Source: an uncultured Verrucomicrobiae bacterium (lineage in GTDB: Bacteria > Verrucomicrobiota > Verrucomicrobiia > Chthoniobacterales > UBA10450). From it: DNA of 64,000 bases. Positions 38,520 to 48,023 of this stretch are shown one piece after another; the stretch's first letter is position 1, and every line of letters starts with the position of its first letter. The stretch spans positions 640,001-704,000 of the forward strand of contig CAVTMK010000004.1 in the NCBI GenBank assembly GCA_963735805.1, in the 5' to 3' direction. The position numbers and the translations under genes were made by a program. The notes under the pieces were generated by a model. The model was not told where the DNA came from. It ran no database searches and saw only the letters and a program-made list of their open reading frames with translations.

Positions 38520-41417
38520 CTAGGGCAGAGCTTCCGCAAGCGCCTCGGCCATATGCTTTGGCCGGATATTCGAAAGATCGGTGATTTGATGCCGGCAACT
38601 TGTTCCTGAGGCGATGACCTCTGTTCCACGTCCTTGATTCTCAAGCTTGTCGATTAGATCCTGGGCGATCTGGATCGACAGATCATACTTCTCTGCGAGC
38701 GCGCCAAACCCGCCTGCCATTCCGCAGCAGGCGGTATCGAGAACGGTCGCTTTTCTCCCGGGTACACGTTCGATGAGCCGGAGCATGAACGCAGGATTCA
38801 AAATTGATTTGGCGTGACAATGCGGATGAATCGCAATCTTCGCTTCCGAAGATTGAAATTTCAGAGCTTCCGGTTCGCGCTCAAGCAAATCGTCTACAAA
38901 CTTTTCGAACAAAAAACACCGGTTCGCTATCTTTTCCGCGCTCTGGATCTTTAGCTCGCGATAGTCTTCCACGAACATTGACCAGCAAGATGGCTCGAGG
39001 AAGAGAATTGGAGCAGTGGAGGTCCCGGGCGGACTGTCCTCCTGGAGTGACGAGAGAAGATCAACATTATGTTTTCCAAGCTCTGCAGCGCCGTCCAGAT
39101 TTCCCTGGCTAAACGCGGGTCGTCCGCAGCACCACCGGTTTTTTGCGAGCGAAACATCAAACCCTAGCGCTTCCAACACTTTCACGGCAGCCATCCCGAT
39201 GTGTGGTTCCTGGTAACGCACAAACGTGTCATCCCAAAGGATGACGGGGCCACGCTTATGGCCGCGGGCGTTGACTGCGGCGCCGGAATGCGCGACCCCG
39301 GTTGCAGCATGCTTCGCAAACCAGCGATCGAAGCGTCTGCTTGTGTAGTGTGGCAGAGAACGTCGCGCGGACAGTCCTACCGTTTTTTCTATCGCGATGC
39401 GCAGAGGCTTTGAATCGAGGAACCAATTCGCGAGCGACGGCAACGCGCAACCGATTTTGCCTAACAAATCGACATTGCTGAAAAGCCGCTCCCGGAATGG
39501 CAGACCGTCGCGCTGATATCGCGCATGCATCAATTCCGCCTTGAGCAGCGCGAGATTCACATTTGACGGACATTCGGGTGTGCACCCCTTGCAAGAGAGG
39601 CAATTGCTCAGCGCGGCGTCCAATTCCATCGAACACAACGGATCGCCTCCGCTAGCGCGTAGTTCAAGGGCTGCGCGGATGATGTTGGCGCGGCCGCGTG
39701 TGGACATGACTTCTTCATGGGTGGCCATGAACGTTGGGCACATGATCCCGGTCTGCTTCAGACAGCCGCCGCAGCCGTTGCATTGTTCCAGGTTCCCGAT
39801 GAAGGAATGATCCTTGAATGCGAAGGCGAGCACCGGTTTAAACCGGACTTCCAGCGGTCGCGTGAAGTTCTCGCGCAGATGGTTGTCGATTCTGTGTTGA
39901 TACCGGTCCGGCTCGGATCCATCGGCAAAAATCTTTCCCGGATTGAAAATATTTTTCGGATCGAACATTCGCTTGATCTCGCGCATGACTCCGAGCAGCT
40001 CTTCTCCCAGTTGTTCTCGCATGTACCCGGTGCGCGCGATGCCGACACCATGCTCGGCAGAAAGCGAGCCTTTGAATTGGCGCACAAGCGCGGAGGTTTG
40101 ATCCGCGACCTGCCGAAACTTTTGCAGGTCGTGTGCGTCGTGCAGGTTTAACACGGGGCGGACATGCAAAAGTCCGCTGGCGGCGTGACCATAATAACTC
40201 GCCTCTAACCCAAGCGGTTTCATAATCGATCGCAGTCCGCGCACATATTCCGGCAGCTGTGCCGGACGAACAGCAGCATCTTCAATAAACGCGACCGGTT
40301 TTGCCGGCCCGATGCAGCCGGTCAAAAGTGAGAGGCCGGATTTGCGCACCGACCAGACGAGATTCATTTCCGTCGGCTCAGTGAGGATTTTTGTGCGCAG
40401 GCCGATATTTCTTGATTGTAAAATCGACAAGCGTTCTGCGACGTCATTATCCTGGAATTCAACGATCAAAATTGATTCGCAAGGCTGCGTATCGAGCTCG
40501 AGCAAGTCGCGCGCCGCCTGAAAATGGAGCTGACCCTTAGTTTGACCGAGCAAAGGACGATCGACGTGCTCAACGGCGGCGGGTTTAAGATCGAGAAGCT
40601 CGACTGTCGCCTGCATTGCTTTATCGACTGAGGAAAAAAAGATCAGGCCCAGACCTTTCTCACTCGGTAGCGGCGAAATCTTAATCTCAGCGGAGAAAAT
40701 CGCGGCAAGCGTGCCTTCGCTTCCCGCGAAAATATTTGTGAGATCGTTTGGCGCGCGAAGGAACCTTTCAATGCCGTAGCCGGGCCAGCGTTTTATCAGG
40801 CCCGGCGGCCAGCGATCGGCCATTTCCGCGCTTCGCGCGCGAATAAGATTCTCGATTCTAGCACACTCGATAGCGAGCGATTCATGCATCGGTCCGATTT
40901 TTTCGATGCGGCCATCGGCCAGCACAGTCTGTAGCGAAAGAACATGATCCGCGGTTGTCCCGTAAACCGGGCACCGCGCACCGGAAGAATTGTTCGCTAT
41001 CATTCCTCCAAGCGTCGCTCGTGAGCTGGTTGCTACGTCCGGACCGAAACAAAATCCATGTGGCCTTAGAAAATCGTTGAGCTGATCGAGGACAACGCCT
41101 GCCCCGACACGTACGCTGCGTTTTTCAACGTCAAGCTCGGTTATCTGGCGGTTGTACCGTGAGAGTTCGAGGATTAAACCTTCGCCAATCGCGTTCCCCA
41201 CCAGACTCGTGCCAGCTCCACGTGGTGTGATCGAAACGCGTGCATCAGCCGCCGCATGAATAACGGCACTCGCTTGCTGTGCGCTTTTGGGAAACGCCAC
41301 ACCGATCGGATCGATCTGATAAATCGAAGCGTCAGTTGCGTAAAGTTGTCGCGTCAGATTATCAAAGCGAACATCGCAGCCGGTTTGCCTGATTTTCCTT
41401 TCCTGCGCGGAAGTCAT
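38520..41417 (-). CDS. FAD-linked oxidoreductase fused to 4Fe-4S and CCG domains (GlcD/GlcF-fusion, YdiJ-like)
   Basis: YATDASIY, PRGAGTSL.G, GGMIANNSSG, GHAASGLLH.RP, AEHGVG, CNGCGGC, CLSCKGC..ECP, CCGR, CCGMAG. Confidence 0.9.
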   Translation of the reverse strand: MTSAQERKIRQTGCDVRFDNLTRQLYATDASIYQIDPIGVAFPKSAQQASAVIHAAADARVSITPRGAGTSLVGNAIGEGLILELSRYNRQITELDVEKRSVRVGAGVVLDQLNDFLRPHGFCFGPDVATSSRATLGGMIANNSSGARCPVYGTTADHVLSLQTVLADGRIEKIGPMHESLAIECARIENLIRARSAEMADRWPPGLIKRWPGYGIERFLRAPNDLTNIFAGSEGTLAAIFSAEIKISPLPSEKGLGLIFFSSVDKAMQATVELLDLKPAAVEHVDRPLLGQTKGQLHFQAARDLLELDTQPCESILIVEFQDNDVAERLSILQSRNIGLRTKILTEPTEMNLVWSVRKSGLSLLTGCIGPAKPVAFIEDAAVRPAQLPEYVRGLRSIMKPLGLEASYYGHAASGLLHVRPVLNLHDAHDLQKFRQVADQTSALVRQFKGSLSAEHGVGIARTGYMREQLGEELLGVMREIKRMFDPKNIFNPGKIFADGSEPDRYQHRIDNHLRENFTRPLEVRFKPVLAFAFKDHSFIGNLEQCNGCGGCLKQTGIMCPTFMATHEEVMSTRGRANIIRAALELRASGGDPLCSMELDAALSNCLSCKGCTPECPSNVNLALLKAELMHARYQRDGLPFRERLFSNVDLLGKIGCALPSLANWFLDSKPLRIAIEKTVGLSARRSLPHYTSRRFDRWFAKHAATGVAHSGAAVNARGHKRGPVILWDDTFVRYQEPHIGMAAVKVLEALGFDVSLAKNRWCCGRPAFSQGNLDGAAELGKHNVDLLSSLQEDSPPGTSTAPILFLEPSCWSMFVEDYRELKIQSAEKIANRCFLFEKFVDDLLEREPEALKFQSSEAKIAIHPHCHAKSILNPAFMLRLIERVPGRKATVLDTACCGMAGGFGALAEKYDLSIQIAQDLIDKLENQGRGTEVIASGTSCRHQITDLSNIRPKHMAEALAEALP

Positions 41418-41493
41418 TTCGACTACTCGATTATCACACGCGCGAAGCGATTAAGAAACTGCAGACCGCTGCTTGCGGCTGAGCCAACTGCCA

Positions 41494-42570
41494 CTAAAGC
41501 AGGTTCAGTTGCGCGTTTTCCGGGATCGTTTCGGCAAAGCGGACACCAGCACCGATCAGGCGCACGGGTTTTCTGGTACGGCGAAACGCTTCATCTAGAA
41601 GAGCGCGGAACTCTGGTAACGTCGGCGCAAGACCGGCGCGCTCGGCAGTGGTTCGCGTGAAATCGTCGAACTTCAATTTCACGAATATCTTTGTGATCTC
41701 GCGGCTTGTTTCCTTTTGTGCGAGGTCAGCCATTAAATCCTGGAAGAGTTCCTCGAGCTTTTCTTCGCATTGCTCCAGAGTCGTCAGATCGACGGCAAAC
41801 GTTTCCTCAGTGCTTAGAGATTTGCGGGGACGATCCGGTTCGACCGGCCGGCCATCGACGCCGCGGCAGAGATCGTAAAGGTCCAGGCCGAATTTGCCGA
41901 AAAGATCGACGAGCTCCGGGCGCGAGATGCGCTGCAACTCGCCGCATGTTTTTACACCGAGTTCTACCAGTCTTTGCTCGGTCTTCTCTCCGATTCCCCA
42001 GATTTTTCGAACGGGCAGATCCTGCATGAAACGCGGCACCTCCTCAGGTTTCACTTCAAATTGGCCGTTTGGTTTGTTTATTTCACTGGCGATTTTCGCG
42101 ATCAATTTGTTTGGGCCAATTCCGGCTGATGAAGCGAGTTTCGTCTCCCGAAAGATTGTCCCTCGAATTACCTGGGCGAGCGAACCCGGCGCGCCAGGGT
42201 GGCCAGTCACATCAAGATATGCTTCGTCCAGTGACAAAGGTTCTATGAGGGACGTGAAACGATAAAGGATTCCGCGAATAACAGCCGCTTCGCGCCGATA
42301 GACATCGAACCTTGTGGGGAGCACAATCAGATCCTGACAGCGTTGCAGGGCCATGAATGTTGGCATTGCCGAACGCACTCCAAATTTGCGCGCCTCATAA
42401 TTGCAAGTCGTCAGCACTCCGCGCCGATCACGAGCGCCGCCCACCGCTACGGGCTTGCCACGCAATGAAGGTCGGTCACGAACCTCGATCGCAGCATAGA
42501 AGCAGTCCATGTCGAGGTGAATGATGGAGCGCGGCGTTTCTTCCACATGGCAATATGTAGCGCCAAACAT
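41494..42570 (-). CDS. dinB: DNA polymerase IV
   Basis: IIHLDMDCFYAAIE, CNYEARKFGVRSAMP, LSLDEAYLD, KPNG, VRLIG; start at ATG 42570 or GTG 42546. Confidence 0.95.
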   Translation of the reverse strand: MFGATYCHVEETPRSIIHLDMDCFYAAIEVRDRPSLRGKPVAVGGARDRRGVLTTCNYEARKFGVRSAMPTFMALQRCQDLIVLPTRFDVYRREAAVIRGILYRFTSLIEPLSLDEAYLDVTGHPGAPGSLAQVIRGTIFRETKLASSAGIGPNKLIAKIASEINKPNGQFEVKPEEVPRFMQDLPVRKIWGIGEKTEQRLVELGVKTCGELQRISRPELVDLFGKFGLDLYDLCRGVDGRPVEPDRPRKSLSTEETFAVDLTTLEQCEEKLEELFQDLMADLAQKETSREITKIFVKLKFDDFTRTTAERAGLAPTLPEFRALLDEAFRRTRKPVRLIGAGVRFAETIPENAQLNLL

Positions 42571-42575
42571 TGCTT

Positions 42576-42657
42576 CGTCATGTTGAGCGGAGTCGAAACA
42601 TCTCGTGAAGTTAGCCGCGGGTTGCGCCGGGGATTCTGGGCTCCGCTCGGAATGACG
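42576..42657. repeat. CGTC-type palindromic repeat element
   Basis: CGTCATGTTGAGCGGAGTC ... CTCCGCTCGGAATGACG. Confidence 0.75.
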
Positions 42658-42698
42658 ATTGCCTTTTGAGGAAATTTGCGTCATGACAAATCGATTAT

Positions 42699-43400
42699 AT
42701 GACGACACCCGCAACGCGCGTTTTCATGGTCAGGCATGGCGACACGGTTTTGAGCGCCGAGGATCGCTTTGCAGGTGAGACTGACGTGGAGTTGTCCGAA
42801 AAGGGTCGCGAAGAAGCCCGGCGGCTGGCAGACAGGTTAAAGGATGAGAAGATCGCTGCCGTTTACGCGTCGCCACTGGGCCGGACGGTCGAGACCGCGC
42901 GGATTCTCGCTGCGCCCCACGATCTCGAAGTGCAAACGTGCGACGGTTTCCGGGAAATTTCGCACGGTCACTGGGAAGGGATGACGCGGCGCGACGTGGA
43001 AAAAAAATTTCCCGACGAAATGGCCGAATGGGAAAAAGACCCGTACACATTTGCCCCGGCGGGTGGGGAGAGCGGGTTGGCGGTGACAGCGCGCGCTTTG
43101 CCAGCCTTGATCACTTTAGTACGAGAGCATCCCGGCGAAAACATTCTGGTTGTATCTCACAAGGCGACGATCCGACTTTTGCTGAGTTCATTGCTCGGAT
43201 TCGATCCGCGGCGATACCGCGATAATCTCGACCAAAAACCGGCCGCGCTGAATATTGTGGATTTTCGAAATCCGACGCGCGCGCGGTTGACCCTTTTCAA
43301 CGACACCTCCCACTATGATAAGACCCCGATTCCTGAAATTCCGAAGGTGCGCCTGTCGAAATGGTGGAATACGGGTTCGGATCACAGCGATGCCAGGTGA
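42699..43400 (+). CDS. Histidine phosphatase (phosphoglycerate mutase-like) family protein
   Basis: VRHG, YASPL.R, E...G.WEG, GGES, VVSH. Confidence 0.9.
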   Translation: MTTPATRVFMVRHGDTVLSAEDRFAGETDVELSEKGREEARRLADRLKDEKIAAVYASPLGRTVETARILAAPHDLEVQTCDGFREISHGHWEGMTRRDVEKKFPDEMAEWEKDPYTFAPAGGESGLAVTARALPALITLVREHPGENILVVSHKATIRLLLSSLLGFDPRRYRDNLDQKPAALNIVDFRNPTRARLTLFNDTSHYDKTPIPEIPKVRLSKWWNTGSDHSDAR

Positions 43401-43430
43401 TCCCATTCGCGACCGGAGTGGCATAAGGGA

Positions 43431-43472
43431 TCCGGCGCCGGGAGAGGGGGGCGCCGGACGCGCCTTTTTTTT
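43431..43472 (+). terminator. Possible intrinsic terminator after the phosphatase gene
   Basis: TCCGGCGCC...GGCGCCGGA hairpin followed, after 6 nt, by a T-run. Confidence 0.4.
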
Positions 43473-43545
43473 GGTCGGTCGAAATGTTTTCGGCTTTGCA
43501 AACCGTGCTTCCATCTAGATATTGAAGTGGTAATTTTTTCCTGAA

Positions 43546-45429
43546 ATGGATTCTTCTGCTTCTGTCGAAACGCATCACGATCCGCACTCACACGCCGGCG
43601 AACATGAGCATCACGAGCTCGGGTGGTGGCGAAAATATATTTTCTCCACAGACCACAAGGTGATTGGAATTCAGTACGGTCTTTGTGGCCTCGCATTCCT
43701 GTTTCTTGGCTTTTGCCTGATGATGTTGATGCGATTCCAGTTGGCTTATCCCGGGCAGGCGCTGCCTGTGATAGGCAAATTTCTTCCGCACATTTTTGGG
43801 CCCGGCTCGATGCCAGACGGAAAAATGACACCCGACTTCTACAATTCTTTAGGCGCGATGCACGGCACGATCATGATCTTTCTCGGAGTCGTGCCGCTGG
43901 CATTTGCGGCATTCGGAAATTTCGTCGTACCGCTGCAAATCGGCGCGCCAGACATGACCTTCCCGAAGGTGAACGCTGCAAGTTTTTGGGCGTTCGCGGT
44001 TGGGGGCGTAATCATGCTCACCAGTTTCTTCGTGCCGGGGGGTGCGGCTAAGAGTGGCTGGACTTCGTATACACCTCTCGCGGCAATTGCGGATACCGGC
44101 CCGGGACATAGTCCGGTGTTTAATGGTCAGACGCTTTGGCTGATCGGGTTTATTTTTCTGATCACGTCATCGTTGCTTGGCGCCGTCAACTTCATTACCA
44201 CGATCATTCAGTTGCGTGCCAAGGGGCTGACCTGGATGCGGCTCCCGTTTTTTGTGTGGGCGCAATTTGTTACAGCATTTTTGTTATTGCTGGCGTTTCC
44301 GCCGCTCGAGGCTGCGATCGTCATGCAATTGATGGATCGGCTAGCCCACACCAGCTTTTTCCTGCCGAGCGGTCTCGTTGTGAATGGCGCGCCAATGTCG
44401 ATCAGTGGCGGAGGGAGTCCTCTTTTGTGGCAACACTTGTTCTGGTTCCTCGGGCACCCCGAGGTTTACGTGCTGATTTTACCAGCATTCGGCATTGTGG
44501 CAGAAATTCTGGCAAACAACTCTCGCAAGCCGCTCTGGGGATACAAATCGCTGGTCTTTTCCGTGTTGGTAATCGGATTTCTCTCCTTCATTGTCTGGGC
44601 GCATCACATGTGGCTTACCGGCATGGGCTCGGCAGTCAGCGCATTTTTTCAAACGACGACGCTGCTGATCTCCATTCCCTCGGTGATTATCCTAAGCGCA
44701 TTTTTCATTTCGCTATGGGGCGGCTCGATCCGCTTCAATGTGCCCATGCTTTTCACCGTCGCGTTTCTTCCAATGTTCGGAATTGGCGGTCTCACGGGTA
44801 TCCCGCTGGCATTTAATTCGGCCGATCTTTACCTGCACGATACCTATTACGTCATTGCGCACTTCCATTACATCGTTGCACCGGGGACGATCTTCGGGCT
44901 TTTCGCCGGCGTTTACTATTGGTTCCCGAAAGCGACTGGCCGAAAGATGAGCGAGTTCTGGGGTAAAGTGCATTTTTGGCCGACGCTCATTTGCATGAAC
45001 CTGATTTTCTTGCCGATGTTTTTGCAGGGGATGGCCGGAATGCATCGACGCTGGTACGATGGAGGACAAGGATGGGGCGTCGCGAACGATCATACGATTT
45101 GGGGATTGACTGGTTTTCAATGGAACCAGCCGATCTCATGGGCAGCCTGGGCGATGGGGCTCGCCCAAATTCCATTCATCATTAATTTCTTCTGGAGCAT
45201 CAAGCACGGCGAAAAGGTGAATGACAATCCGTGGGAAGCGACCACCCTGGAGTGGACTGCGCCTTCACCGCCGCCACATGGAAATTTTGTTCATACTCCC
45301 GTCGCCTATCGCGGTCCTTACGAATACAGTCTGCCCGGTCGCGAAAGCGATTTCACGATGCAGAACGAACCGGTGGAACCGGCGGAGCGCACTCGCCGAA
45401 AATCGCCGGCGGAACCAGTTTTGGCCTAA
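43546..45429 (+). CDS. ctaD: Cytochrome c oxidase subunit I, A1-type
   Basis: TDHK, AMHG, WFLGHPEVY, VWAHH, YVIAHFH, GMHRR: all six His ligands and the cross-link Tyr are present. Confidence 0.96.
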   Translation: MDSSASVETHHDPHSHAGEHEHHELGWWRKYIFSTDHKVIGIQYGLCGLAFLFLGFCLMMLMRFQLAYPGQALPVIGKFLPHIFGPGSMPDGKMTPDFYNSLGAMHGTIMIFLGVVPLAFAAFGNFVVPLQIGAPDMTFPKVNAASFWAFAVGGVIMLTSFFVPGGAAKSGWTSYTPLAAIADTGPGHSPVFNGQTLWLIGFIFLITSSLLGAVNFITTIIQLRAKGLTWMRLPFFVWAQFVTAFLLLLAFPPLEAAIVMQLMDRLAHTSFFLPSGLVVNGAPMSISGGGSPLLWQHLFWFLGHPEVYVLILPAFGIVAEILANNSRKPLWGYKSLVFSVLVIGFLSFIVWAHHMWLTGMGSAVSAFFQTTTLLISIPSVIILSAFFISLWGGSIRFNVPMLFTVAFLPMFGIGGLTGIPLAFNSADLYLHDTYYVIAHFHYIVAPGTIFGLFAGVYYWFPKATGRKMSEFWGKVHFWPTLICMNLIFLPMFLQGMAGMHRRWYDGGQGWGVANDHTIWGLTGFQWNQPISWAAWAMGLAQIPFIINFFWSIKHGEKVNDNPWEATTLEWTAPSPPPHGNFVHTPVAYRGPYEYSLPGRESDFTMQNEPVEPAERTRRKSPAEPVLA

Positions 45430-45438
45430 GTTCGACCG

Positions 45439-46296
45439 ATGGAAATTCCGTACACAGTCTCTACGCGCCCCGACACCGGACTTTGGAACGCCAAGATCGG
45501 CATCTGGTTATTCCTCGCGTCGGAAGTAATGCTCTTTGGCGCGCTCTTTTCCGCCTACATTTTCTTGCGCATCGATGCGGCGCCGGGGACGTGGCCACAT
45601 GGGCTACTCAATGTCCCAGTCGGCACGATGAACACGGCGATCCTCATCATATCGTCCGTCACCGTGGTGCTGGCATGGGCAGCGTTGAAAATGAGGCGCT
45701 ATAACGCCTACTGGTGGTACATGCTGGCGACCATCTCGTGCGGCGTTATCTTTCTTGTTGTCAAACTTGGCTACGAATGGCCACAGAAGTTCGAGCATTT
45801 CGGCGCTTACATTAAACCCAGCGCGCTCGCGAAGTACGAACAATACCTGGGTAACACACGGCGCCTTGAAAAGGGACTCGAACCGCGAATCGAGATCACG
45901 GGTCATCTGCATAGTCAAAACGCAACAGAATACGAAGTGGCACTAGATCCGGTAAATGCTGATCCTGATGATCCGGCGATGGACCGACCGCACTTTATAC
46001 CACTGCCGGTTACTGACAAAATCGCTACGATCGATAAGGCGGATGTCCAACGTGCCACGATGTTTCTGCCAACTCACAGCGCGTATTTCGCCAGTTATTT
46101 CACCATCACTGGTCTGCACGGTCTGCACGTACTCGGCGGAGTGCTCGTGTTCATTTATATGTGGCTCCCCGTCAGCAAAAAAGTCTATCAGCGCAACCCG
46201 GAACATCTGGCGAATCGCGTGGAGGTAAGCGGCCTTTTCTGGCACTTCGTCGACCTGGTCTGGATTTTTGTGTTCCCGCTGTTTTATCTGCTCTGA
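45439..46296 (+). CDS. ctaE: Cytochrome c oxidase subunit III with soluble insertion
   Basis: WLFLASEVMLF, NTAILIISS, TGLHGLHV, GLFWHFVDLVWIF. Confidence 0.92.
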   Translation: MEIPYTVSTRPDTGLWNAKIGIWLFLASEVMLFGALFSAYIFLRIDAAPGTWPHGLLNVPVGTMNTAILIISSVTVVLAWAALKMRRYNAYWWYMLATISCGVIFLVVKLGYEWPQKFEHFGAYIKPSALAKYEQYLGNTRRLEKGLEPRIEITGHLHSQNATEYEVALDPVNADPDDPAMDRPHFIPLPVTDKIATIDKADVQRATMFLPTHSAYFASYFTITGLHGLHVLGGVLVFIYMWLPVSKKVYQRNPEHLANRVEVSGLFWHFVDLVWIFVFPLFYLL

Positions 46297-46300
46297 GCCT

Positions 46301-46645
46301 ATGAACAATCCACCTGATATTTCGCAGGACCCGAAGGAATACGAGGAGTACGCGCACGGCATACAAAAGCACGTCAGAGGCTATCTGATGGTGGGCGCGC
46401 TCCTGCTCACGTTTACCGTGATAACGGTTGCGCTGTCATACGTCCATTTCGGTACTGACAAGGCCAACATTGCAATTGCCATGCTGGTGGCCATGCTCAA
46501 GGCGGGCGCCGTTGCCGCGGTTTTCATGCATTTGGCTGCGGAAAGACGCCTCATTTACCGCATTCTGCTTTTCACCGGCTTTTTTGTGATGGGCCTCTTC
46601 TGGCTTATATTACTGGCGTGGTACGACTTTCCGATCTTTCGCTAA
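46301..46645 (+). CDS. Prokaryotic cytochrome c oxidase subunit IV family
   Basis: Three TMs, KAGAVAAVFMHL motif. Confidence 0.85.
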   Translation: MNNPPDISQDPKEYEEYAHGIQKHVRGYLMVGALLLTFTVITVALSYVHFGTDKANIAIAMLVAMLKAGAVAAVFMHLAAERRLIYRILLFTGFFVMGLFWLILLAWYDFPIFR

Positions 46646-46855
46646 ATGTCCCTTAAAGGTTTCCATATTGTTTTCATCGTATTTTCAACGCTGCTTGCGC
46701 TGGGGCTCGGACTGTGGTGCGTCTGGGTCGATTTGGTGGAGGGCGCGCCTATTTATCTCGCCGGTGCGATTGCATCTTTTGTGACCGCCGTTGCGCTGAT
46801 CATTTACGGAGTCTGGTTCTATAGGAAGATGAAGCGGCTGCGGATTATCACATGA
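46646..46855 (+). CDS. Small two-TM membrane protein in the cox operon
   Basis: Abuts the previous stop; two hydrophobic helices; basic C-terminus. Confidence 0.7.
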   Translation: MSLKGFHIVFIVFSTLLALGLGLWCVWVDLVEGAPIYLAGAIASFVTAVALIIYGVWFYRKMKRLRIIT

Positions 46856-47112
46856 AAACCAAGATTCTGTCGGCCTTAGTGCTACTTATTTTTTCGCCTG
46901 TTGGACAGGCGCTGGCGTGTTCGTTCTGCTATGGCGCAAAGGATGGAAAATCTACCGAGCATATGGCGGTTGCGATCTGGTTTCTTTTTGGCGCTGTAAT
47001 GTCGGTGCTGGGCGGAATCGGAGCTTTCAGTTTTCATCTTTGGCGGCATGGACGCATGCCTGCGGAGCCGCACCAGGAGATCACCGAGGAAGATCTGAGT
47101 AAGTATGAATAG
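46852..47112 (+). CDS. Small exported CxxC protein with one TM in the cox operon
   Basis: Signal peptide ending ALA, then CSFC, then a TM; overlaps both neighbours. Confidence 0.7.
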   Translation: MKTKILSALVLLIFSPVGQALACSFCYGAKDGKSTEHMAVAIWFLFGAVMSVLGGIGAFSFHLWRHGRMPAEPHQEITEEDLSKYE

Positions 47113-47953
47113 CCTCGCGTTGATCAACGAATTTTTGGGGCAACCGCCCAACGCTTCCTCACACGGATATCAAATCGATCACATCCTTGAGTTCTGCCAA
47201 TGGTTCATGGGGGCGCTTTTCGTTGGATGGTCCGCATTTTTTATTTTTACGTTAATTCGCTTCAGAAAGGGGCGACATCCTCGTGCTAGTCACCTGGGTG
47301 TGACGAGCGGCATTTCAACGCATCTGGAGTTTTCAGTCGTCTTAATTGAGGCGGTGCTCCTCCTCGGCTTCGCGATTCCACTTTGGGCGAAACGCGTGAA
47401 TCAGTTTCCGCCGGGCAAGGAAGCGCTGCTTGTTCATATGGTCGCGCAGCAGTTCAGCTTCAATTACCATTTGCCGGGACCGGATGGACGATTTGGCCGC
47501 CGTGATATCAGCTTTGAGAGCAACTCGAATCCACTTGGTCTTGATCCGAACGATCCTGCCGGAAAGGATGATATTGTCACGACTGGCGAACTTCATGTAC
47601 CCGTGAATCGGCCGGTCATTGTCGAGCTTTCCTCAAAGGACGTGATCCACGATTTCTTTGTCCCTAGCATGCGGATCGGTGGCGATGCAATCCCCGGTTC
47701 GTTGATTCCAATCTGGTTCACACCGGTCAAGACCGGAACGGACGAAGTGATCTGTGCACAGCTGTGCGGTCTGGGTCATTACGGAATGAAAGGCACTCTA
47801 GTTGTAGATACGCCGCAGGATTACGAAGCCTGGCTAAAAGAACGCGCCGAGCTCGCCGGCAGTGCGCAAAGCGTCCCTTCGCCCTCTCCAGGCGCGCCTC
47901 AGCCACAAAACAAACCAGCTGGACCTGCTGCATCTCCGACGCCTGGCGGATAA
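47105..47953 (+). CDS. ctaC: Cytochrome c oxidase subunit II (CuA), no fused cytochrome c
   Basis: Two TMs; DVIH and CAQLCGLGHYGM CuA motif; no CxxCH. Confidence 0.92.
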   Translation: MNSLALINEFLGQPPNASSHGYQIDHILEFCQWFMGALFVGWSAFFIFTLIRFRKGRHPRASHLGVTSGISTHLEFSVVLIEAVLLLGFAIPLWAKRVNQFPPGKEALLVHMVAQQFSFNYHLPGPDGRFGRRDISFESNSNPLGLDPNDPAGKDDIVTTGELHVPVNRPVIVELSSKDVIHDFFVPSMRIGGDAIPGSLIPIWFTPVKTGTDEVICAQLCGLGHYGMKGTLVVDTPQDYEAWLKERAELAGSAQSVPSPSPGAPQPQNKPAGPAASPTPGG

Positions 47954-48023
47954 GATTTTTTCGCGCCAGCAGCGCACCCGGTCGCAGTTGTCCCATCTGT
48001 CTCATTCGTCGTATTCTCCCGCT

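Noticed and set aside
42571..42714. Long N-terminal extension of DinB (likewise extensions of TreY, RfbA, CtaA, GT4 and the RRM protein in the ORF track)
   Set aside because: The extensions read through repeats or neighbouring genes; family homology starts at downstream start codons.
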